A DNA stretch of 64,000 nucleotides from Geosiphon pyriformis uo1 (Eukaryota > Fungi > Glomeromycota), in assembly GCA_016748015.1 (NCBI GenBank), contig JAAOMT010000135.1:571960-635959 (forward strand), given 5' to 3'. A program made the position numbers and the translations under genes. Within the stretch, counting starts at the first letter, position 1. Every line of letters begins with the position of its first letter. Of the stretch, positions 26,968 through 37,400 are shown piece after piece. Under the pieces are notes generated by a model, which saw nothing but the letters and a program-made list of their open reading frames with translations, ran no database searches and was not told the DNA's origin.

Positions 26968-27139
26968 TAGTTTTTGGAATAATTGTTAAATGTTTTGAGG
27001 AATAGTTATTATAAGAGATTTGAAAATAAAAGAAAATTATTTTTGGTGTATGGGTTTTTATTATTTTTTGCTTTGTTTTTGTGAGATTGTTTCTAAATTA
27101 TAAGGAGATAACTATAATAATAATAAATTTAAGTTAAAT

Positions 27140-28519
27140 GTTCAAGTTGGGAGGTTGTTCAATAACAACTATTGGTTCTAAATTTCGAGAAATATCTTCA
27201 GAATTGATTAAAGGAGAATGTGTACCAATTTGTGAAATTAATAGTTCAGAATTGTTTCTAGAATTATAGTGTTTCAAACGATCTCCATGTGCAACTTTTG
27301 CTAGGATTTTGTTATCAAGTCTTAGCTTGTATGACTCATTGTCTAGAACTTCATAGATAAAGAATGGTTTATCTCATTTATTTTCAAATTTCCCACTCCA
27401 TTGTTTTTCAGCTTTAGTTCTGTGTAAGAGAACTTTGTTCCCAATTTTAAATTCATTGGTGACTGGTGGCAATTTTTTGTCATGCCGTTCTTTTTGTTAA
27501 GCTTGGGAGTGTTCAATATAGGTGACTGCTATTCGTCGTTTTCCTTCCAGCATGCTAAGCAGAGTGTAGGCTTTTTGTTGAAGTGTTTCCTGAAAATTGT
27601 TTTTATCAATTGGTTGTGCTGGGTATGTTTCTACTGTGAAACTAATTGGTAATGTTGCTGTCCTTCTGTAAGTTAAATCAAATAGTGTGTGTTTTGTGGT
27701 ATCTTGTTTTAGTGTCCTATATGCTAGTAACATTGATGAAATAAAGATATTCCATTCTTGCTCAAAATCAATTGAGACTTTGGCTAATGATTCACACAGT
27801 GTCCTATTAAAACGTTCCACAAGCCCATTTGTTTGTGGATGGTAGAGCAAAGATAATGGTCTCTTGACATTAAATCATTCACAAATTTTCTGGATTAAAT
27901 TGTTCACAAAATGTGTTTCTTGATCAGATAAAAGTTCTATTGGGCATCCATATCTACAAATGATGTCTTCATAGATGAAGTTTGCTACTGATTTCGCATC
28001 TGCTCATTGAATGACTCTGGCTTTGAGCCATTTGGTGAGATAGTCTACAGCTACTGCAATATAACGGTTTCCTTGGTTTGTGATAGGTAGTGGTCCAACT
28101 AAATTGATACCAACTCAGTCAAAAGGCTGTCCAACTTTGATTGGATTTAAAGATTCTATAGGGCGTGTTCCTTCTCTTTTTTGACAACTATTACAAAAGT
28201 CAACATATTGATGTATGTCTCTTCTTATTTGGGGCCAAAAGTAGTGTTCTAATGTTCTTTGGGTGGTACTATCTTTTCCTAAATATGCTGATGAAGGGTC
28301 CAAGTGCATGTTGTATAAGATAGTTTCCTTTTCATGTTCTTGTATTAATCGGAGTAGTTTGTCTGAATTTCTGGAGTTTTGATAATAAATGATGTTGTTG
28401 TGTAGGAAGTATTGTTTGGTTTGTTGTTGTAACTGATGTTTTTCATCTGGGGACCAATCTGTTGGGATTGTTAATGTCTCCAAATATTGTTTAAGATTGT
28501 TGTAGTTTTTGGGGTTCAT
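27140..28519 (-). pseudogene. Integrase (HHCC, DDE core, GPY/F region); no chromodomain seen
   Basis: MH..PSSAYLG..YFWPQ..YVDFCNSCQKR; PFD*VGINLVGPLP; DYLTKW; YHPQTNGLVERFNRTL; WSGKFENK*DKPFFIYEVL..HGDRLK. Confidence 0.9.
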
Positions 28520-28568
28520 TGTTTGTCATTTTGTTGCTGTTATTTCAAATGGGTGTTAGTTTTGTGTT

Positions 28569-29980
28569 CTAATCTTGCCTCATTCTTGAAAGACAATAAA
28601 TGTTGATGTGAAGTTTTCCTGATTTATGGTGTACAATATATCAGTAGTTGGCTAAAAATCCTGTCCATTGGGTTTGTTTGGCGTTCAGTTGAGTGTTTTT
28701 GTTCTGAAGCCATTTGAGTCCAATATTATTAGTGATAATATCGAATTTCTTGAGATAAAAGTTGAAATGATGTAGGGCCCAAATTACAGCTGCTGTTTCC
28801 AATTCAATGGCAGGGTAATTCTTTTTGGCTGGTTTTAATGTTCTGCTGACATAAGCAATTACTCACTCATTTCCTTGGTCATCTAATTGTGACAAAATGG
28901 CACCAAAAACAGTATAAGAAGCATCGGTGGCTAGTCGAAACCAGTTACTGAAGTCTGGGTAGGCAAGAATTGGAGCTGTTGTCAGCTTTTCTTTGAGAAT
29001 TTCAAAAGCTTTTTGGTGTTCAGTAGTCCATTTGTATTTAACGTTTTTGGTGGTGAGCTGGTTAAGGGGTTTTGCAATTTCCAAAAACCTTTTGATAAAC
29101 TTTTGATAGTAGGATGCTAATTCGATGAATCTTTTTAGTTCTGTGGTATTTCGAAAAGTTTTGAAATTTTTCCAGAGTCAGGTTTAATTCTATCTTTGCT
29201 AACAATGTGACCAAAAAAAGCCAAACTTGTTTTTCCAAAGTAGCATTTTTTGATATTCAGTTTCAATTCTGCTTTCTGTAATCATTGAAAAACTTCTCAC
29301 AGGTGTTTTAAGTGTAGTTCAAAAGATGGTGAATAAACATCAGTATCATTGAGATAGACAACTACTGATTTCCAAAGGAGACTTTTGTAAACAACATCCA
29401 TGAGTCTTTGGAATGTTGCTGGTGTATTGCATAATCCGAAAGGCATTACGTTGAACTTGTAGTTTCCTTCTTGAGTGGTGAATGCTGTTTTGGGGCGATC
29501 TTTGGGATCCATGACAACTTGCCAATATCCACTCTCTAAATCTAATGTCGAGAAGTATTTGGACTTTCCAAGGGCATCTAACATGTTATTGATTCGGGGA
29601 AGAGAGTAGGCATCTCCAATGGTGACACTGTTGAGTTGTCGATAATCAACACAAAATCATATTTTTCCATTTTTCTTTTTAACTAAGACCACAGATGAAG
29701 CCCATGGACTCATTAATAGTTAAATAAGCCCATTGTTAAGCATCCATTGCACTTTTTCTCAGATAAATTGGTGACTTTCTGGAGCAACTTGGTAGGCTTG
29801 TTGTTGCCTTGGTTTGGCATCTCCTATGTAGATTTGGTGTTGAACCAAATTGGTTCTTCTTAAGTCATTGTTGTTTTTGGCAAAAATATTGGCAAACTCT
29901 GCAATTAGTTTTTTGAGCTGGTTCTGTTGTTGTGGTTCAAGTTGTCTCATGTTGATTCGAGATAGTTTTTCCATGACAAC
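28569..29980 (-). pseudogene. Reverse transcriptase and RNase H of gypsy family A
   Basis: SPWASSVVLV, CVDYRQLN, FSTLDLESGYWQ, KTAFTT, MPFGLCNTPATFQRLM, YLND (decayed YLDD), LATDASY..GAILSQ. Confidence 0.92.
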
Positions 29981-30382
29981 ATGGTAGTTTTTAGAGCTGG
30001 AGTTTGGGATTTTTGGTAGTGAATGTCCAATAATTTCAGAGAAATTGGGGACTGTTTGGGGTAATTCTTGTTAAAAGATATTACTGTGAATAATTCCAAT
30101 TTCTAAGTTATTTAATAAAACTATGGGGAAATTGTTGGAATTGTAAAAAGTAACTCGGATTTTCTTTGTTTCTTCTAGAATATAAATGTTTGGAATCAAG
30201 ATATTATGTTCCAAGCAGATTTGTTTGTTGGACTCAAAAATTTGTTATGTGGTTGTTGGCTTTTCACAAGTGTATATTTCAGGGTGTTCTCCAAAGGGTG
30301 AAATGATAATTGGTTGTAGAAGTTGTAAAATCTGGTAAAATTCTTTCTGTTTGTTGATGGCTATGTTTATTGGAACTGTAAA

Positions 30383-30830
30383 TCATCCAGTTGAACCAAA
30401 ACCTTGGGTTCCTCTTTTACTTTTTCCCAATAGTTCTTTTTGATTGACTAATTGTAAACTTGAAATGTTGATTAAGGGTAAATAAATGACTTGGGCAATT
30501 TTCTCGGCATGTTCAATCTTAAACAGCTTGTCAGTTTTATTTTGGAGTATTACTGTTATGTCACCAGTATATCTAGCATCAATTATTCCTTCTCTGACAT
30601 TGATTTCTTTGCTTGCCAGAGAGGACCAGGAGCCAATTTGAACCATTGCTTCTGGTGGGATTTCGAGAGCAATTTTGAGGTTGATTTTTGTGAGAGATTT
30701 GGGTTTGAGAATGAGAGTATCCTTGTCTGGATATCTTAGGTTATATCCAGCATCAATTTCGTGTGCTTTTTCAGGTTTTATTCCTTGTCTATTATTGTTG
30801 AAGTATTTGAGTTGTAAGACAGGCTGATTT
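30383..30830 (-). pseudogene. dut: dUTPase domain inside the gypsy polyprotein
   Basis: Trimeric dUTPase motifs: DAGY(D/N)L, RSSLA (WSSLA here), GIIDARYTGDI, KIAQ, RGTQGFGSTG. Confidence 0.92.
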
Positions 30831-30899
30831 TTGATAAGATAGATGGGTGTTGTTTCAATTTCTTCTGTTGCTTCCAGTTCTCCAGATTCAATTTCGTTC

Positions 30900-33800
30900 T
30901 TATCACTTTCCCTGGGCAAGGGAATGCTAAGAGTGTAGCATTTAGGACACCACTGTTCATCACAAGACATAATGCATTCTTCACATAGCCTAATGTTTAT
31001 TTGCTCTAATTGTTGAATTTGAGCTTCTTGGGTTGGGTAGGTGTGACTTGCAATTTGGTGGTAGACTTCTACTTCATCTTTGTAATTGAATCCAGCTAAT
31101 TCTATAGTGTATTCAATGTATTCTGCTTCCTTCATTTGATGGACATCTTCTTTGGTAGTTCCATTAATTAATGCTATTGCTAGGTCAAAAATTATCTTAG
31201 CATCATGGGAGTAGTGATAAAGTTTGTTGAGAGCACTGTTGTATGCCGCATTAAAGGGTGTTCCTCTTTTTACTTTTTCTGAAATTGATAAAGCATATTG
31301 GCAGGTCTGATCGCAGACTCCTCCTTTCATTGTTACATCAATCCAATTGCATTTTTCTGGTAGCATATCTCTACAAGTCAAACAAAGAGTATTGTCTTAT
31401 TTTCTGCTTCTTTTTATTAGATGGCCCCATTGTTTTCTGTGGCAAGCCTTGCAGTAATAACAAGTATGATTTTCATATTCTTCTTCAGGTGAAATGCAGG
31501 CTCCCATTGATGAGAGTTTCTTGTGGCAATCTTTGCATTTGAGTAGAATGTAAGGGTGTTGGTTTCGTGGTTCTGGTTTTAAATAGAGAACATTCCATCT
31601 GGTTGTCACTGGTTCTTTTGTTTCAAGAGAATCATTTGTTGAAAAGTACTATTGTTCAGTTTCATCAGCCCAATTGGAGGTTGATCCAAGTGCCATAAAT
31701 GTTTTAATGATGGGTTTTTTTTCTTTTGGTTCAAATTCAAAAGCCAGGGCTTTTTCAGAGTATTTGTTGAATGTACCACAAGTAGTGGGTACTTGGGCAT
31801 GTTGTTCTTAATAGGAGAGTTGTAATTCTTGGGTTTCCCAGTTTAATTTTGCATTGGCTTTTTGAAGCCAATCATTTCTGACAAGGACTTGATACTGGGG
31901 CGCGTCTATTACAAGAACTTTAACTAAAATGGTGATTCCATCAAGAGTAAATAGAAAATTGTCAATTTCTCCTATGGGTGTTTTTTTCATGCCATCAGCA
32001 GTAACAATTACTGTCTGAGCTGGTTGGTCAATATTTTTCTTTAACTGTTGCATCAATTGGTAGGTGATGATGCTTCCGCGGATCTACTGTCTAGAATCAA
32101 GCGAATTGCCATTCCTTTGACTTCTGCTTCAGTGTACATAACAGTAATTGCTTTTTGTTCATTGGTGGCTGCATTGCTAAACAGGAATGGTGAATCATTT
32201 GCTTTGAACTCAAAAGGAAATATATCTGAAAGATTGGCATTTTCAGCAATTCTGGCTGGTGGAATTGTGGTAGAAGTATAAGAAAGGCTTTGTTGTTGTG
32301 CTGCAGCTCTATTTTCCGAGAGTGCAGGATGGTAAAAATTCTGTTCTTCAGGTATTGTAAGATAGCTAAGTTGAGTATAATAATGGGAGAGTCTTGGCTG
32401 AACTGGATTTCGGAGAACTAATTGGTTATTTGGGTTGATTCTGTTGTTGTTTGTTATGAATTGGTTTTGTGATGCAAATTGGTTTTGTTGAACCAATCTT
32501 TGAGCAGGTACTTGGTAATATTGAATGAGTTGTCGATACTGTTGTTGCATTGGTTGTAGAGCAGGTTGATAGTAGTTGGTTTGATATTGTGGTCTTGGTA
32601 GATAGTAAGCTGGTAGTAGTGATAATTGGTAATAAGATTGTTGTAACAAAGGGTAACGTTAATTACTCTGTTTTGTTGGTCTCATTGTAGCTTTTTGCAA
32701 TCTCTTTTCCAGTGGCCAGAGATTCCACAGTAATGGCAATTCTGAGGCTGGTTATTAGAGAATGATATGAAGCTGTTTTGATTTCATCTTTGGGGTGGTT
32801 GATATCTTTGGGATTGCTGTTGTTGTTGGTTGGTGAAATAGTTTTTGACTTTTTTTGTGAGTTGGTCAATTTTCTCTTCAGCTGCTGAACTGGTTTTTCT
32901 AATGGCTAAGTTCACGAGTTTTGTATGATTGGCTTCTTCCATGGTCATTTCATATCTTTTTGCATGCTGAATGGCAGAGTTTAAATCTTTTGAAGGATGT
33001 GGGTGAACTTTTTTAATCAGTTTATCTTTTAAACCAGCGATAAATTGATCCAAGACTTGAGCATCAGAATAATAATCATTAGTTTTAAGTTGGCGAATTT
33101 GTCTGAAAAGTTTGTTGAATTTCCCAATATATGTCATGACAGATTCGGAGGTTTCTTGTTTGATATTGCGAAAACAATTTCAAAGTGTGATTGAGGTGTT
33201 GTTATCAGTGAATTGTTCTAAGAAGGCAGTTTTGAAAGCTGTCCAGTTATTAAAAGGGGTGGTCAAGTTTTCAAACTATTTACCTGCTGTTCCTTTGAGA
33301 AAGTAGAGAATTGTTCTTAACATTCTGGCAGCATTCCATCCATTTGCATCTCCAGCTTTAGTAACTTGGTCAAGCCATTTTTGGGGACTGGTCTCAATGT
33401 CTTCTCTATTAAATTCAGAGATTTTTGCAATGTATGCTGTCATTTCATCTTCTTTGTTTTCACTGTCTATTGATTTTTTTTCAGATATTTCAGAGTTGTT
33501 TTCTTCATTTGCTGCTGTCTCAGAGTGTTCACTTTGATTTTCAGCTAGAAAGTCAAGGAGATTGGAACTAATTTGAAGGGGTTTTTGTTGTCTGGTAGGA
33601 CTTCTGGGTGATGTAAAATCTTCTAGTCTTGCAAATCGATTTAAGAGTGAATTAAGTGTTTGTGCTTGTGCAAGTGAAGCTAGAAAAGATGTGATAGTAA
33701 GTAGAAGTTTTGAACTGGTTCCTTGTTTAGGTGTTTGTAAGTGTTTGGCAGTTGTTTTTGGTAGTATTGGAGTATTTGGAGTGGTTTTTGAGTATTGCTT

Positions 33801-34175
33801 CAATTTTTGTTTGTCTTTGTTGCTTGTTTCTGTCTCTAATTCAAAATCAATGGAGTATTGAGACTGCACTGGATATGTTTCTTCACAGTATTTGATAATG
33901 TTAAAATTAAGTTCTTGAAAGTAAGTGGCAAGTGTTTCACTGTTAAGGTCTTCAGTTCTCAACTGTGAATAGTGTACTAAATTATTGTAAAAGTTGCTTC
34001 TAACTTCTGAGATATTGTAATTTCCAAAAAGATAATTGTTGATGTGGTTTTCAATGTATTAGTATACTGATTTTTTGACAACTTCAATTCCGTCTGGAAT
34101 GTTGAATCTTTGCTTGCAGTGGATGTAAATTGACTGGTAATACTCTAGAGTTGTTGTGTCTGGTATGGTTGCCAC
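30900..34175 (-). pseudogene. gag (capsid-like region and CCHC knuckle at ~32695-32745), aspartic protease and Cys-rich spacer
   Basis: SPQKWLDQVTKAGDANGW, ETSESVMTYIGKF, CHYCGISGHWKRDC, LILDSRSA (LILDSGSAGS in the sister copy). Multiple CxxC pairs at 30930-31560. Confidence 0.88.
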
Positions 34176-34200
34176 TTTGAAGTTGTTTTTGCTGTGTTGT

Positions 34201-34218
34201 TTCCATAGGAGAGCACCA
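34201..34218 (-). other. 18-nt primer-binding site TGGTGCTCTCCTATGGAA
   Basis: Lies 2 nt inside the 5' LTR and is complementary to a tRNA 3' end ...GGAGAGC-A-CCA. tRNA identity not determined. Confidence 0.85.
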
Positions 34219-34220
34219 AA

Positions 34221-35191
34221 TGTTACTGGAGGTTTTTGGTCTCTTCTTAGCTTTTGTATGTTTGTTGTAATGCTGTCAATTCATGACTATGGGAAGTGTT
34301 TGAACCTCTGATAACTGAATTTTTATCTTCAAATTATCTCCTATAATTTGAACTGCTGGACTTATAAGTGAAATGGCCAATTCTGTGCCAGTTACTTGTA
34401 TAGTTACATTGTAGTAAATGTCAACTTTTTCTCATAAATTGCTTGTCTGGAAGCTCACTAAAAATGTGTAGTTACTTTGCTGTAAAAGTCAACTCTTCTA
34501 CAGGAATCTTGTCTGTAGGCTACCTTAATAATAATAATAAAAAAATGAAAGAAAAGTAAAAGAAAAGTAAAGAAATTGAATTCTGTTGAGTGAAATGTTT
34601 TCTATCCAGGCCTAGAGTCACTAACAGTTTTACTGAAATTGGTTGCTAATCAATTTCAAAACATTAGTTGGGTTTTGGGGATTTTCCAAGTGCAATAATT
34701 AAAGAATTTGGTTTTTCGAATTATTTGATATTTATTTCTTTTTGTGTATATAGAAATGGTTCTAAGTAATAAATCTAAGGTAAGATATATTTTCTCGAAG
34801 AGAGAAGCTCTTTTTTTATACAATTTGTTGTAACACTATTCTATGAACTTGAGCTTTGCTATTTTTTATAATTTCACTGAACTAAAGTTATATTTCGGCA
34901 AACTACAAATTATTTCTGCAAACTATTAGATATTTTGGTGAACTATCAATTATTTTGGCGAATTCCTACAAATTACAGCAAACTTTTTGAATATTACATA
35001 GTTCAGGGTATTGCATGATTGATCATTGCAATTAAGTTACATTTGTGTTATGTACAAATTGGGTTATTAATTAAATGATAATTTCGGATATTTTGCTAAT
35101 GTAATAAGTGATAATTTGAAATGCTAATTAATGATAAAAATTATAAAGATAATTTTATACTAAGCAATATCTCTAATTTTGTCTGGTAACA
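34221..35191 (-). repeat. 5' LTR, family A
   Basis: TGTTAC...GGTAACA ends, adjacent PBS, direct repeat of 25350-26321. Confidence 0.95.
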
Positions 35192-35221
35192 ACGTAATAA
35201 AAAATAAATAAATAAATAAAT

Positions 35222-37400
35222 AAAACTGTTTTTTAAGTATGTTTAATCTATTAAATTATATGTTTTGTATATATTTAGCAAAATCAATTAAAATTTACAA
35301 TTTTTTTCTAAAATATCTTTTATTATTAAGCCAACAGCAAAAATCAAAGATTACATATTTATTTTTTTAAAATCAAGAAATTGTTCTCATAAAAAATATT
35401 TTCTTATTGCAGACCAAAAATATTTTGTTTGCTAAAATCTTAAAAAAAAATTTTTAAATAGTTTTAATTAACACAATAGACTTTGTGTTTGTTAAAATTT
35501 TATTCCAATTATATGGTTTAAGAATTATTAACATCTAAGCTTCCTTTCAAAACTAAAAAACAGATTTATTTACCAAATACTTATTTAATAGATTTAACAA
35601 AAAACCTAGAATCAAAGAATTATAGTGTTTCCAAAATTTATTAAATATTTTAAACAAGTCAAAAATCTTTCTATTTGACAACTTTATTATAATACTTAGT
35701 ATTTTATTATAGCCAATTTTATTTATGACACTAAAAAAGACATTGTCAAATATATAAAATAAAAACAAATATTGCTAATGCCAAATATTTAAAACATCTT
35801 TATTATTTCATGTTTTTTTGTTTATTTTTTTATAATTAAATTTATTTAAAACTTAATTTTTTTAGACTTTAATATTAAATTTTTACTATTAATTAAATAA
35901 TTTAAATCCACTTTATAAAATGAGTGCTCTAAAACACTTCTAATAATGTGATCTTTATTAATTTTAAAATTCTTTATTTTTTTATTAATTGTTATATAAA
36001 TTTTTACAATTTAAGTACATTAATATTCAGCAAGCTTAAGTGTACAATATATTTTTTTAACTTTAGCCAATTCAGTTTTAATTGTATTAAAATTGATATT
36101 TAATACCAAAAAATTTTAAATACAATATATACATATGTTATTAAACAGCAACCAATAAACAATTAAGTTATTCAACTTATAACTAAAGCCCAAATGTAAA
36201 GTTTAAACAATTTTAGATACTAAAATTATTAATTTATAAGACTAAGATAAATTTTTAGTATAAATACTATTAAAATTTTTGTTTTAAGTTAAAAAAATAA
36301 TCTTATTGGCTAAGAAACTAACAATTTTTCTAATATTATCTTATATAAAATTTAAATTAAAATGTTTTTTTAAGAGCTTAAAATTTTTATCAAATACAGC
36401 AATATTTATTAATATAAATTTCTTAAACTGGATTTATTTGGCCATATTAGTATCTTTAAAGTTATATTTTTATTAGTTTTTGTTAGCTTGTTTGTGAATA
36501 TTATTTAAATATTTATTTAAAATACTACTTAAACCAACTAAAATAAAAAAAGCATGATAATTTGTGTTAAAAAAATTATTTACATATAAAACTCTTTTAT
36601 TAGTAAAAGCATTAGCTAGATTGAGTAACATAAAAATATAATTAATTGTTTTTTTAACTTTTTATAGGTTTTTTTAAGTAAAAATTTTAATAAATAAGCT
36701 TTTAAACAAAAAATTAATCAAACCAAAATCTACATACTTCTTGAAATTAATATTGTATTTGATACTATTCTTATTAAAATTACTATTCAAAATAATAAAA
36801 ATACTCTTATTATATATTTTAACTATAAAAAAGTTGATAAAAGATGCCAAGTTTAAACATTTTTTAAAAAATATATTTACATAAAGCCTTAATATTAAAA
36901 CAAACTAATTGTTTTTAAATAGCAAATAAACTATTAAGAATTTGTCTAAAATTTTCATAATCTTTGAAACATATCAAACCAAATAATTATTTATAATAAT
37001 TATAATACCAATATCTATATAATTAATGTTCAAACTGAAAATAAAAACTTTAACTTCATTAAATTTGTTTACAATCCAAGATTAAATACTCAAATAAAGT
37101 TTAGTTTTTGTAACAATTAAAATATTGTTTTTTAATTCTTTATGTCATTTAATAATATTATTGTTTAGCAAAATTATTTATTTTTTTTATATTATATATA
37201 GCAATTTTTTAAATAAGACTGGTTATTAAGATATAAAAAAATAAAATATATTCTAAATCAAAGCCAAATTGTTAAATTTTATTAACAAATTTATAATTGA
37301 ATTAGAAAAACTTTTTAATTGTATTTCTAATTTAATTATTATTATAGGGAAACTTGATAAAGTATTATAATAATGTTTAATGCTCGGAATTTAAGTAAAA
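35222..37400 (-). mobile_element. LINE copy 3, 5' continuation (decayed RT N-terminus, APE, ORF1/ORF2 junction ~37225)
   Basis: Resumes at the decayed QDMRKAYDSVGWEHLKNSL codons that precede the break at 24291. ORF 35553-35768 includes NKFWKHYN. The right boundary is approximate. Confidence 0.7.

Larger units (their letters stand above)
25350..35191 (-). mobile_element. Full-length (9.84 kb), mutationally inactivated Ty3/gypsy LTR retrotransposon, family A: gag-PR-Cys module-dUTPase-RT-RH / IN / ORF3
   Basis: Two ~971-bp LTRs with TG..CA ends, PBS, PPT, 4-bp TSD ACAT/ACGT, and gypsy domain order PR-RT-RH-IN. Confidence 0.95.

Noticed and set aside
27140-27300. Chromodomain at the integrase C-terminus
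   Set aside because: After HGDRLK only a short low-complexity tail is seen, with no YLVKW-type motif.
30383-30830. dUTPase as a stand-alone host or horizontally transferred bacterial gene
   Set aside because: It is in frame within the retroelement polyprotein in both copies and lies between LTRs.
34201-34218. tRNA gene fragment
   Set aside because: Only the 18-nt PBS complement; no cloverleaf in the flanks.
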